Shown piece after piece: positions 50,221 to 63,727 of a DNA stretch of 64,000 nucleotides. Below the pieces are notes generated by a model. That model worked only from the letters and a program-made list of their open reading frames with translations, was not told where the DNA came from and made no database searches. Each line of letters starts with the position of its first letter. Position 1 is the stretch's first letter. The position numbers and the translations under genes are program-made. The DNA is from Octopus vulgaris (taxonomy: Eukaryota), in contig OX597816.1 in assembly GCA_951406725.2 (NCBI GenBank), forward strand, positions 11,594,001 to 11,658,000, given 5' to 3'.

Positions 50221-50432
50221 CAGTGAAGGAATGACTGGGTACTGAGCAGTTTCCTTCAGCCAAATATTACCTGCAAGGTGTGGGTGAGTCCAAGTCTATA
50301 GTGAGTGAATGATGCTTATCCAAGATGCCATGTAGTAAACGCCTAATGAACCTCCACATGTTTGCGAAATCAGCTGACCCACACAGCCATCCCTGCAGCT
50401 ATTAATATGTAGGTTAATTAAAAATGTTTTAC

Positions 50433-50479
50433 TGCAAGTTTAGGATACTGGGTTTTGTTATAATGAAAACGTGAGAATG
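50433..50479 (-). CDS. Internal exon (S)FSRFHYNKTQYPKLA
   Basis: Acceptor attttcacag, donor GTAAAA, 47 nt, phase 1-0, consistent with both neighbours. Confidence 0.6.
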
Positions 50480-50578
50480 CTGTGAAAATGTGGAATATTG
50501 TAATGAGAGCCACATGTTGTAAGAAATGCCGATTAATTTTGCACAGGCTTCGTAGATGAGATATTTTAGAGTGACTGT

Positions 50579-50613
<35 letters not shown>

Positions 50614-50953
50614 CATAAATACATACATACATGCATGCATGCATGCATACATACACGCATGCATGCATACATGCATGCATACATACATAATACATACATA
50701 CATACATACATACATACATACATACATACAAACATACATACATGCATGCATGCATACATACATAAATACATACATACATACATACATACATACATACATA
50801 CATACATACATACATACATACGTATACAGTAGGTTCACTTCCTCAGCATGAAACCTTTGGCGAAGTGTCCTCTACTAGAGTTCAAAGAAAACCAAAATCT
50901 TGTGAGGGGATTTGGTAGACAGAAACAGAAAGAAAACGGTTGTGTTTGTGTGT

Positions 50954-50997
<44 letters not shown>

Positions 50998-51313
50998 CTG
51001 TGTGTGTTTGTGTCTGCATGTGTGTGTGTCTGCGTTTATGTGTCTGTGTGTGCACTTGTGTGTGTGTGTGTCTGTGTGTGTTTGTACGTGTCTGTGTCTG
51101 TATGTGCATGTGTGTGTGTGTCTGTGTGTGTTTGTATGTGTCTGTGTGTGTTTGTGTCTGCATGTTCACGTGTGTGTGTTTGTATGTGTATGTGTCTGTG
51201 TGTGCATGTGTGTGTGTGTTCGTATCTGTGTGTGTGTGTGTCTGTGTGTGTTTGTGACTGTATGTGCACGTGTGTGTGTGTCTGTGTGTGACTAAATAAA
51301 TACAACCACTTAC

Positions 51314-51433
51314 ATTTAGCATGTTGATGGCATACTGCTTCATATAAAAGATCTTTAGAATATCTTCTGCTGGTTCTGGAAAGTTGATCTCTACACAGAA
51401 GTAATTCAGAAGATAATGGTTCAAGTTGAGCTT
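51314..51433 (-). CDS. Internal exon of unrecognised minus-strand gene: (E)AQLEPLSSELLLCRDQLSRTSRRYSKDLLYEAVCHQHAK
   Basis: Acceptor ttggttcag, donor GTAAGT, 120 nt, open in phase 1-1; joins in frame to 50433-50479. Upstream exons not resolved. Confidence 0.65.
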
Positions 51434-53899
51434 CTGAACCAAATGTGTAACATAAAAATAATAATTTAAAAACAAAAAACAAAAAAACCCAAACATTCTT
51501 AGAATCTAAAAATTTTACAAACTTTTGTTTTTATCTTCTGGGTAAACGTACTTTTTGGTTTTCCAAAAATTGCACTATTTTACATAATTACTGTAAACAA
51601 ATTATTTTTCTAATCAGCAACATTTTCCAATGTCTGTTGCAGAGCTTGTGGCTATAGAACATTCTTTGTTTATTTTGTATTTTGAAGAACTGAAAAAATT
51701 TCATCAGCCAAAGTTGCATAGTTTCTTATCTTTTCCTTGAAAATGTGTGTTCTTGCTGATATTTTCAGATACCTACGTGTAGGACGTGGGCTTTCATTTT
51801 GGAACATAATCTTTATTAGTTGTAGTAGTACATATGTTAGGGGTCAACAGTGACCAAGGACATTACATAGGAGAAGAAGATGGGGCACAATGTGTCTGCC
51901 TGTGGCCGTTCAGTTCAATGCATGCTGTTGTTGTTGTTGTTGTTGTTAAGCAACAAGATTGGTAAGGGTGATTAGGTGATATTCTAGGGCTTAGGGGTGG
52001 GAGACCCCAGACCTTGGAAAAAAAAAAAACTTTGGTTGTCTTGTTGTAGTCGAGGGCTCTTCGTTGACGCCTGATACCACTGGGAAGTGGCCTTTGAAGT
52101 CGCTGGAAATGGAAATCTCCAGGTCCAAATTCTTGAATGGCTTCAATGCATACTGAGGAGGCTCTCTTGTAGGTGAGGCACTAGGGGGTCTGTTGGCACT
52201 GGAAACAAGGGGTTGGCTCTGCACTTGTGTACTTCATGTTTTCTTTGTGCCTTGCCCCATATGTCATTTGGTATCCAGATACCTTTATAGTTATTTTGTC
52301 ATTCCTGGAAATAAGAAATTCTTATTCAAGTTGGCCAAAATCTCTGCCATTGGTTTTTAACGAATTAAGCAAATTCCATACGTTCACACAAGGAATTTTC
52401 ATTTGTCAAAGTATGAAACCATTAACAGTTGAAGGGTTTAGAATACTGTATCACAACTAGCATTTTGTATTTCCATTTGACTCTAAGGAGATGAATAACA
52501 ATTCAACCTTGTTTTTATTTGAGTTTAGACCATAGAAGATAAAGGTGGAAGGCTAGCAGAATTATTAACACTTTGGACAAAATGTTTAGCAGAATTTCTT
52601 CTGTTTTTTTTTTTATGATTTGAGGTCAAATCCTACTGAGGTCAACTTCACCTTTCATCCTATTAAGGTTGATAGAATATGTATTCATCATCAGCATCGT
52701 TTAATATCCACTTTCCATGCTGGCATGGGTTGGACGGTTTGACTGAGGACCAGCAAGTTAGGAAGTTGCACCAGGCTCCAAACTGATCTGGAAAGGTTTC
52801 TACAGCTGGATGCCCTTCCTAACGCCTACCACTCTGAGAGTGTAAGGGATGTTTTTTATGTGCCATGCCACCTGCACGGGATCCAGTTGGGCGACACTGG
52901 TAGTGACCATGCTCGAATACTGCTTTTTATGTGCCACCGGAACAGGAGCCAGTCAGGCGATGCTGGCATTGACCCTGCTTGAATGGTGCTTTTTATATGC
53001 CACTGGCACTGACATTGACCACATATAATTAACTCTACCCATCTTCTCAAAATTGTTGAGCCCTGTAGTTGACCAGTGTTTTGTTGGGCTCAAGAAAAAA
53101 GATTAAGAAAAAATAAATATAAAAATAAAGGCTTTGATTAAATACTGAATGTCTTCTAATTCGGTGAACTGTCATTCCCGAGAGAAAAATAAAAAATAAG
53201 GAAATAAAAATAAAAAACAACATTCTTTATAATCAATATTATTAAAATTCTGAAAGCTTTATGCATTAAATATAGAAAGAATTAATTAAAAAAAAAACCC
53301 ACAAATATTCATAAAATATAAATTAGCATAGGAGAAAGTTAAACACTTTGAGTATCCTCTTTAAAAAATTTGATTTCAATTCAGTAAACACTTGAAGAAT
53401 TAGGGCCAACAAACTGATGAAAAGCTTTTATTTTCAGAAAAGCGAGATACTCTATAATGATATGGATGGTACTTGATGTGTTGATGGTTGATAAATAGGC
53501 AGAAAGTTGTGAAAATTTCTTGTGACAGCAAAAATATGAAAATCAAAGAGAAATCAGTTGAATTTGGTCATATTTTTGTATTGCTAAAGCCTAAGGCAGC
53601 TCATTAGTACGTTGATGTCTTCAGGCAGTGACAAAACGAAGATATTTAGGCAACTACTTTCTCAAATTCAAAACTATAAAACAAGATATAGTTTTAGCCT
53701 AAAACTGATAAGAACAAACACGGATTGAGTCTTAGATAGCCTTAGGTGTTTACCTAAAATAGTTTATCAAACATTTCTCCTGAAGAAGAAAGCTAAAAGT
53801 GCTTTGACACCATTCACTGCAACTTCTGCAGTAAATCTGTCTCTGAATTTCGTACAAAAGAATAACAATTTTATATTTTCTATTGCAAAGACAAAAACT

Positions 53900-54272
53900 G
53901 AGGTGCAATGGCCTAGTGGTTAGGGCAGCAGACTCGAGGTCGTAGAATCGCTGTTTCAATTCCCAGACTGGGTGTTGTGAGTGTTTATTGAGTAAAAACA
54001 TCTAAAGCTCCACAAGGCTCTGGCAGGGGGTGGTCTCAACCCCTTCTGTACTCTTTCACCACAACTTTCTCTCACTCTTTCTTCCTGTTTCTGTTGTACC
54101 TCTATTCCAAAGGGCCAGCTTTGTCACACTCAGTGTGACGCTGAATCTCCCTGAAAACTACATTAAGGGTACACTTGCATGTGGAGTGCTCAGTCACTTG
54201 AACTTTAATTTCATTCCGTTGATCAGATCGACTGGAACCCTCATTGTCGTAATCGACAGAGTGCCAAGACAA
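53900..54272 (+). mobile_element. SINE with D-like head and a third tail type
   Basis: TGGCCTAGTGG head, CCACAACTTTCTCTCACTCTTT body, distinct tail followed by (TA)n. Confidence 0.75.
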
Positions 54273-54299
54273 TATATATATATATACATATATATAAAC

Positions 54300-54386
<87 letters not shown>

Positions 54387-54571
54387 TGTGTCTGTATGTA
54401 TAAATATTAAAGGAAATAGAGAAAAGCAATCAACATATTAAAAATTTATTTGGATTGTGACATAATGTAATTATACTATAAAAAGATATAAACTCTAATA
54501 ATGGTAATAATGATTTTAATGATTTAGATTGTAAATATTTTTAAATGGTCTACCTAGGAATTTCGCTTGAA

Positions 54572-54694
54572 TCCCTGAAGAAGCATTTTTACTAAATGCA
54601 TTGTATTGATAATTATTTAATTATTAATTTATTTATTTAATTAACTAATCAAAATAGATATACTCTTAGTAATTAAGCAGAAACATATGTAGGA
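54572..54694 (+). ncRNA. Hammerhead-like motif with long AT-rich stem II
   Basis: TCC CTGAAGA A GCATTTTTACTA...TAGTAATTAAGC A GAAAC ATAT GTA GGA; core intact, palindromic ACATATGT. Confidence 0.55.
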
Positions 54695-55265
54695 AAATTA
54701 TTTATTTATATGGATAAATAAATAATGGATTATTATATCTGTTTCCATAGTCTACCTTATTACATTTTCTCGGGACCTACTACATTAAGCATTTTTACTG
54801 GAATTAATACTACGTGTGGTCAGAACCAAATTTGAGACTGAACTGATATCGACCTGGGCTTGTCTCCCTACTTTGTTATGTATGTATGTATGTGTATGTG
54901 TGTATGTATGTGTATGTGTATGTATGTATGTATGTATGACAGGCTTCCATACAGTTTCCAATTACCTTATTTATTCTTATGGCATAGGTCAGCCCAGGGT
55001 TAATGTAATAGACACTTGGCCAAGGTGTTGTGTAGTGGGACTGAACCCAAAGCACACAGATGCAAAACAGACTTTGTTAACCACACAGCCATGCCTGTGA
55101 AATGAAAACATAAATAATCTCTATCAAAGTGTAAAGAGTGTAGGGTTCATGTCTAGGACAGAAGGGATTGGTATAGATTGGGGGTGATAGGGCAAGGGAT
55201 ATGACAGGAGGGAGAACTAGTAACAAGAGGAAGGCACAGCAGAGAAGCAAGAAAGAAATGTATTA

Positions 55266-55408
55266 GGTGCTGTGTGGCTGTGTGGTAAGAAGCTTGCTTC
55301 CCAATCACATGGTTCCGGGTTCAGTCCCACTGCGTGGCACCTTGGGTAAGAGTCTTCTTCTATAGCCTCGTGAGTGGATTTGGTTGACAGAAACCAAAAG
55401 AAGCCTGT

Positions 55409-55465
<57 letters not shown>

Positions 55466-55678
55466 ATTTTTATGCATGTATCTTTGTGTCTGTATTTGTC
55501 TGCCCTCTCATCACTTCATAACCAATGTTGGTGTGTTTACGTCCCCGTAACAAAAGAGGCCGATAGAATAAGTACCAGGCTTACTAAGAATAAGTTCTGG
55601 GGTCGATTTGCTCGAGTAAAGGTGATGCTCCAGCATGGCTGCAGTCAAGTGACTGAAACGAGTAAAAGAATAAAAGAA
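55266..55678 (+). mobile_element. SINE family A
   Basis: Colinear with other copies, small internal deletions. Confidence 0.85.
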
Positions 55679-55929
55679 CAGAATGCGTGTGTGTGTATAC
55701 GATGTTCTACTGGTTTGAGTCCCTGGAATTTTGCCAGTTCAAAAAAATATGTCTGCTGTCAACGAACAATGATTTGCCAACGATTGCATTGTTACGAAAT
55801 ACAGTTCCTTTCATCATCATCTTGTTTAACAATAAAATTTGATGTTTAACATTGGTTCTAGGCTAGTAATTTGGAGGGAAGTGGGTGGGGTGTTGTTGAC
55901 TTAAGGGCTCCCCCTCCTCCTGCTCTGGT

Positions 55930-56330
55930 ACTCTTTTACTCTTTTACTTGTTTCAGTCATTTGACTGTGGCCATGCTGGAGCACTGCCTTTAGTCGAGCA
56001 AATTGACCCCAGGACTTATTCTTTGTAAGCCTAGTACTTATTCTATCAGTCTCTTTTGCCGAACCGCTAAGTTACTGTGATGCAAACACACCAGAATCGG
56101 TTGTCAAGTGATGTTGGGGGGGGGACAAAAACAGATACACAAACACACACACATATATATATATACATATATATGATGGGCTTCTTTCAGTTTCCATCTA
56201 CCAAATCTACTCACAAGGCTTTGGTTGGCCCAAGGCTATAGTTGAAAACACTTGCCCAAGGTGCCACGCAGTAGGACTGAATCCAGAACCATGTGGCTGG
56301 TTAGCAAGCTACTTTCCACACAGCCACTCC
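55930..56330 (-). mobile_element. SINE family A
   Basis: Colinear with other copies. Confidence 0.85.
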
Positions 56331-56364
<34 letters not shown>

Positions 56365-57858
56365 TATTATTATTATTATTATTACTCTGTTAGGACAAAA
56401 ACTAAAATTCAATTGGAAACTGTGAAGAAGCCCATTATTGATATTGTGTATGTTGTTATATATTAGCAAGTTATATCAACATCTGTGAGAAAATCGAAAG
56501 GTGTGTGTTTTTTGCGAGAAGTTACTCGTGACATTTGTTCTGCCCCAATTTACACAGACACTCCCTTGTCACTTTCACTTTTGGAAATGGAATAAACAGT
56601 GACTAGTCTGCTGGAAATCTCCAACTAATAATGCCATTGTTCACCTATTATGACATAAACACAATAAAATAAGTAACAGTTGACTAAATGCCAATAAAAT
56701 TCACATCGACACTTCTGCAACAGATCGGTGTCAGAAATGGATCTAGGAGGAGCCACTGGTATTGCTGTTGAGTAAATAGGTCGCTCTGAAATCTCTTGTG
56801 TCTTCAGGTGTCAAAACCACTTGCTTCCGTATGCCAGTGTGCATATTAATACTTATATTTCTTTAGCTTTACCGTTTATTCATGTTCTCTCTGTTTGTCT
56901 CTCTCTAAAGTTCTTTGTCCTATTCTCTCTCTCTCTCTCTAGTTCTCTGTCTTATTCTTTGTCTCTCACCCTCTCTCTAAAGGTCTCTGTCACTCTACTC
57001 TCTCAAGGGGTCTCACTGTCTCAAAGAACGTGTAAATATGTATCCTTTGTTTGAGCTTAAAATTTTGTCATGTACGTATACAAACGCCCACACACATAAA
57101 TTTCTCAAAATGTACGAACTGTTAAATATTTTGTTCCTGAGACACATTATTCAGTGAGAACCCATGAGAACTATTTATCATTTCAACTGCTAAAGGCACC
57201 ACTCAGCATCCACATAAAGCAAACACGATCTTGTAAATAAATCATGTCTCACTTGTAATACAATCACTTGCAATGCTTTCAGTATTTCAATCCGGAACGG
57301 AAAATGCTTTTAAGTACCTGTTGTATTTTCTGTAAGAAATAACATAGCTGATATGACAAATACCACACAGATAATTACCTGCTTAGATAATCCTAATCTC
57401 TTTATTGGTCACCTGTGTATTAAAACCATTTACTAGCAATCACGAATTAAATATCAGGAAAGTGAATATAAATATGTATTTATTTAAAGTAACTTTGAGA
57501 ATTATACAAAACGATAGTGCAATGTATAACTTTACCGATTCCAGCATTCTCTCTTAATATCAGTGAAGGTGTTATTGGATATCTCTCGCCCATTTATTTA
57601 TTCAATACCAACGACTGCATAGGGAGTTCAAGACATGTCATTCATTCAATTTGATTAATTCTTGTAATATTGTGAATTACTGTATTTACTTGTATGTAAG
57701 AAGCACTTTATACCTGATTTTAACTGAAAAAAACTGGGCTGTTAGCTATAAATGGGGGAAAGCAAAAATGATGAAGGGTAAATAATTTTGCCCCAAGATT
57801 TAGTGTTAGAAGAGTGTTATGGCTTGTACATGAATAAGTACACTAATCTGCAGAATAT

Positions 57859-58199
57859 TTTATTTGCAAATGTTTTTATAGAAATACCAGAAAAAAATTG
57901 CTTCCAAAGTAAAAAAGAATGAACCAGAAGATGGTCCTTACAAACATGCAATAATAAAATGCCATCTATGTACTGTACTAAATATATATGTGAGTGTGTG
58001 TGTACGTCATCAACAGGTAGGCTGAATTTATTTGCAAATGTTTTTATAGAAATACCAGAAAAAAATTGCTTCTAACGTAAAAAGGAGCAAACCAGAAGAT
58101 AGTTCTTACAAACATACAATAATAAAATGCCATCAATGTACTGTACTAAATATATATATGAGTGTGTGTGTGTGTGTATACGTCATAAACAGGTAGGCT
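57859..58199. repeat. Direct tandem duplication of about 168 bp
   Basis: 57859-58023 and 58027-58199 are colinear with scattered substitutions. Confidence 0.9.
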
Positions 58200-58239
58200 A
58201 AAACAGTTTTCATCCAAGATAAAACCTTTTATAGACATA

Positions 58240-58641
58240 CTCTTACTGTTTACTCTTTTACTTGTTTCAGTCAATTGACTGTGGCCATGCTGGAGCACCA
58301 CCTTCAGTCAAGCAAATGGACCCCAGGACTTATTCTTTATAAGCCTAGCACTTATTCTATCAGTCTCTTTTGCCGAACCGCTAAGTTACAGGGACATAAA
58401 CACACCAGCATTGTTTGTTAGGCAATGTTGGGGGGACAAACACAGACACACAAACACATATATATATATACATATATACGACGGGCTTCTTTCAGTTTCC
58501 ATCTACCAAATCCACTCAGAAGGCTTTGATTGGCCCGAGGCTATAGTAGAAGATACTTGCCCAAGGTGCCATGCAGTGGGACTAAACCCAGGACCATGTG
58601 GTTGGTAAGCAAGCTACTTACCACACAGCCACTTCTGCGCC
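58240..58641 (-). mobile_element. SINE family A
   Basis: Colinear with other copies. Confidence 0.85.
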
Positions 58642-58862
58642 AAGCTTTTGAAAAAATTTGATGCAGATTCTCTGCGCAACTTTCTCTGTCATGGTCAATG
58701 CAACAATCACATGCTATATACCTGGAAAAGAGCTTAAGTGTTAAAATCTAGTGCACATGCACCACAAAGTTCAAGGTCAATCTTTTCCGAGTGGCTTCGC
58801 TTTCTATGCTTTAGCTTCGTTACTATGGCAACAGTCCAGATATTTATTGGTCAGACCACGTA
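58642..58862 (-). mobile_element. Mariner end fragment, same family as 62050-62644
   Basis: Shares CTTTCTCTGTCATGGTCAATGC and GCAACAGTCCAGATA...CAGACC...TA. Confidence 0.7.
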
Positions 58863-59966
58863 TTATGTGAAGGCAGCAAGTTGGCCAAATCATTAGTGTA
58901 CCAGGCAATATGCTTAGCTGCATTTCACCTGTCTTTTATGTTCTGAGTTCAAATTCCGCCAAGGCCAACTTTGCTTTTCATCTTTTCAAGGTTGATAAAA
59001 TAAGTACCAGTTGAGAACTGGGGTTGGTGCAATTGAATTTCGCCTCCTCCAAACTTGCTGGCCTTGTGCCAGAATTTGAAACCAATATATTATGGGAATG
59101 AAATTAAATTTCGATAGGCATAATTTACCCAACATTCATCTGGTGTCTCAGACAAAAGTGGATAAGACATTCAGGGTACCTTGGTTCTGGGGGTATCTTA
59201 ATGATCCAGGAAGGTGCAGGTTGCAACAAAAACAGTAACACAGAATGTAATATTAGAGGGGTATTCTTCTCTGAAGTCTCTCCTGAAGACTTCTGTGCAG
59301 CCCTCTCTAAGAATTCCTTACTACCTAGGAAGACAGGCAAATGATTCCATTTCATTTTGTTATTCTGAAAACAAAAGTTTGGTCTTAGCTTGTACTGAAG
59401 CAGTCAGCTGTCTGAAGATCATTTGTCTTTAAGAATAATTGCTTCAACATTCTAACAATTTTAGAGAAGATTCCTGCCCTTAAAGCAACGATGGTTTTTA
59501 CAGGTTTCGGGTCGTCTTTCTTGTGTAATACAGGCTAAGCTGCCCCTGGCAAACAAAAGTTAAATATTTTATTGTTTTGTTGACGAAACTGCTTTTGTTC
59601 AGGGAATATTTTTTATTCTGAACTGCAAGAAACATTTACATCTAATTAGAGATTAATGACATCTTATCTGTGTGTGTGTGTTTTTTTTAATCTAATTAGA
59701 AATGAAGATGACACATTTTTATCTGAAAAGAATAAAAATGACACAATTTCGTTTAATCAGAAATGCCAACGACACATTTTCAACATGATTGAAATGAGCT
59801 TAGAATGGGGGCCGAGATGTTGGCATTGTGCACTTTGTTGACTGATTTACATCATGTATTTGTCTTAGAGCTGTGTTTCTCAACCATTTCTTGTACCTAT
59901 GGAACGTTTGCTTCCTACTTTATTCTGTGGGTCTTCCAAAGCCATTTGATGCTTAAGAATTAGATA

Positions 59967-60420
59967 TCATCATCATCATCATCATCATCGTTTAACGCCC
60001 ATTTTCCGCACTAGCACAGGTTGGACGGTTCAACCGGGGTCTGGGAAGCCAGGGGCTGCACCAGGCTCCAGTCTGATCTGGCAGAGTTTCTACAGCTGGA
60101 TGCCCTTCCTAATGCCAACCACTCAGCGAGTGTAGTGGGTGCTTTTTACGTGCCACCTGCACAGGTGCCAGGTGGGTCTGGCATCGGCCACGATCGGTTG
60201 GAGCTTTTAACGTGCCACTGGCACGAAAGCCAGCCAAGGCGGCGCTGGCAACGGCCATGTTCGGATGCTGCTTTTTATGTGCCACCGGCACAGAAGCCAG
60301 TCGGGGCGGCGCTGGCAATGGCCACGTTCGGATGGTGCTTTTTATGTGCCACCGGCACAGGTATCACAACTACTATTTCCATTGATATTTATTTCGATGT
60401 TCATGTTCATGTACTTGACT
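59967..60420 (-). mobile_element. Family C retroposon, long 5' region
   Basis: Colinear with 1790-2120 including the GTGATACCTGTGCC 5' part. Confidence 0.8.
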
Positions 60421-60508
60421 CGAAATTCCTATATTGTTTTGCACACATTCACTTCTGTATGTTTGCAATATCATTTTCTAAGAGAACATGTTTCAGTGGC
60501 TGGAGACA

Positions 60509-60737
60509 TTAGCCCTTTTGTTACCAACCTGGCTGAAACCACCTCTGGCTTTGTAGTGCAAATGTCTTGTTTTCATAAGTTCTGAATTAAAATCTTCCAC
60601 CAAACCTAAGTCACAATTTATGTTCCTAACACTAGCTGAATGATAACTAAGTTATTTTACTAAATTCTTTGTTGTATTTAAAGTAATTGAAAGAAACACA
60701 GAGTATCTCAAAATAAATACAGTAACAAAAGGGTTAA
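60509..60737 (+). mobile_element. piggyBac-like MITE family 1, intact copy
   Basis: ttag CCCTTTTGTTAC...GTAACAAAAGGG ttaa; relatives at 22236-22380, 22397-23443 (interrupted) and 63620-63720 (reverse). Confidence 0.75.
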
Positions 60738-60894
60738 ACTATGAAAAGCATTAGATAAAGATACTTAGCTGCTTTTTACAATAAATACATATTCTTTTGT
60801 TCTTTTAATGGTTTCATTCACTGGACTGTGGCCATGCTGGAGCACAACCTTAATTTTTTTTTTTTTTTAGTTTCCTTGTCACTCTATGATTCAA

Positions 60895-61345
60895 AGTTGG
60901 TCGATGATTGAGTTTGTTTTTGCTTATCTCCCCTGAGTTTATCCTTGAATGGTTGGTTGGTCCAGTATCATCATTAGGAATTCATACAATGCCTTTTTGA
61001 AAGTTTCAGTAGAGGTCCCTTTTATATTTCTAATCTCTTTGGGTAAGCAGTTGAATACTTGAGGACCTCTGGATATTAGACTGGTACAGTAGAGTGTTTT
61101 TGCTCATGAGTTTGAAGATGGTATATTTGGAAGCTGACAGTACCTTCAAGTTCAAGCATTAAAATTTACTTTAATGCCAATGTTTGGAACATGCCCCTCC
61201 AGGATTTTCCATATGTATATAAGAGTATATCTCTCTCTTTGGCAATCAAAAGAGAAGAGATGTAGAGCTTTCAGGCATTCCCAGTATTTAAGGCAATTAA
61301 CCAAAGTTATTTTCCTGGTGAATGTTCTTTGTAACCTTTCGATTC
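60895..61345 (-). mobile_element. CR1-group LINE 3' fragment
   Basis: IERLQRTFTRKI...YWECLKALHLFSF...RERYTLIYIWKILEGHVPN...RGPQVFNCLPKEIRN...FKKAL. Confidence 0.85.
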
Positions 61346-61571
61346 CTTCTATGAGACCAGGTGAATTTGATTATTCACAGACCCTTAAAATACATCAGTA
61401 AACGTATCATTCACTTTTTCCTGTATCAGACATAGCAAGTTTTGTCACAGCATGCAAGTATACATCATTGATAAGGCCTAGATGGGCCAAAATGCATTTG
61501 GTATTCACATTAACTGGTTCTGCGATGAATTTCATCTTCCTCTGATATATGTTATGTTATTAATACAGTAT

Positions 61572-61990
<419 letters not shown>

Positions 61991-62049
61991 GGAAAATACC
62001 TGCTCAGTGGTCTATGCAAAGTTTTCAAAACTTTTTCATCGTTTGTGAC

Positions 62050-62644
62050 ACAATCAAGGAGATCTTGTGCAACTGAGTCCGAGTGTCATTTTGGTCAGCT
62101 GAAAGCAGTTTTGGCACAGACTTGGCAGACATGCACCTCATACCCAAATCTTCAGTGATAAGGGACAGAACTGAACTGTAACTAATCTGCACATCCTATG
62201 ATAACTCACAGATGGTGATTCGACGATTTTCCCTCACAGCTGCTCATACATCTGCGATGTTTTTCTCAGTTCTGTAGGTTGTGGATCTCCCAGAACGTTT
62301 GTCAATATCGACATTTTTTCGGCCATATTGGAAACTTTTGAACCCCTTGTACACTTGTGTGTGGCTCATACACTCCTCTCAATACAATTTCTGCAACTTT
62401 GCATAGGCCTCTGAGCAGGTATCGCCATGACAGCTTTCTCTGTCATGGTCAATGCGATGATCACATGCTACACACCTTCCTTCCTAGCACTGCTGTAAAC
62501 AGCAGAAGTGAGCTAGAATGTTAAAACTTAGTGTGCACATACACAGCAGAGTCCAAGGTCAATCTTTGCCAGGTGGCTTTATTCTGTGTGCTTTAGCTTC
62601 GTTACTATAGCAACAGTCCAGATACTTATTGATCAGACCTTGTA
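62050..62644 (-). mobile_element. Mariner transposon relic (5' TIR and N-terminal transposase)
   Basis: TA-CAAGGTCTGATCAATAAGT terminus; ECMSHTQVYKGFKSFQYGRKNVDIDKRSGRS...ENRRITICEL...[18 protein letters not shown] with stops. Confidence 0.85.
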
Positions 62645-63033
62645 TATTGGAGCTGATCAAACTTTTTAAATTCCTCTTCCACAACATTTATAAATCTTCC
62701 ACATAAAAAGCACCCAGTACATGCTGTAGAGTGGTTGGCATCAGGAAGGGTATCCAGCTGTTGAAATCATGCCAAAGCAGACATTGGAACCAGGTGTAGC
62801 TCTGGCATTGGCAGGTCTTGTCAAACTGTCCAACTCATGCCAGCATGGAAAAGAGATGTTAATTAATGATGTTGCTAAGCAGTGCTCTGCTATAACCAAA
62901 CATCCATTTATCTAAACTTTATACAAATCCACACAAACATCAAATTATTCTCTCCAAACATACAACCAAAAGTCATCCTCTTGTTCATTTTTGTGGATGG
63001 ACAAGGAGTGGTTAAATGAAAATTTATGCCCAC

Positions 63034-63114
63034 GGGCATATGGTGTAGTGATTGAGAGCATGGGCTACTAACCTCAAGATACCAAGTTTGATTCCAAGCA
63101 GTGACCTGAATTAT

Positions 63115-63179
<65 letters not shown>

Positions 63180-63317
63180 TAACAACAACAACAACAACAT
63201 CGAAAAATACCTTAGGAATGAGAACCCAGGTTCGAAATTTCCCTAAGACACCTGATGAAGGCTGGAGGGTATATCAGCCGAAGCGTTGTGTTAACAATAA
63301 ACAAGATGAGGACAAAT
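63034..63317 (+). mobile_element. tRNA-headed hammerhead SINE-like element, second copy
   Basis: Head TGGTGTAGTGA...GTTTGATTCC, (TAA)n(CAA)n, then ACAC CTGATGA A GGCTG...CAGCC GAAGC GTT GTGT at 63248-63291. Confidence 0.7.
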
Positions 63318-63727
63318 GAAAATTCAGTTGCAAAATATTTACACAAGACTCTCTGGCATTAGAACCTATTAAAGATTGTGGCCAAGTTCTCGACATAATG
63401 AAACAGTTCATATTTCTTGGCATTGGAAAAGCTGATAATATTCTACTAAAGGCCATTATTTACTGATGCTTTGCCCGATATTTTGAAACCATATCAATGT
63501 GGTTCACAGCAAAACAAAAGACAAGTATATCCAATTTTGAATTCATTTTGGTATTTGGTAAACTTTTCAAACTTTTTATCTCTATACAATTATTCTATGG
63601 TAGAATGGTAAATACCAGCTTAACCCATTCGTTACTATATTTCTGTTGAAATAGAATGTATTTCTTTCAAGTAATTTCGAAAATAATAAAGAATTTATTA
63701 AAATAACTTTGCCATTATTAAAGTGTA

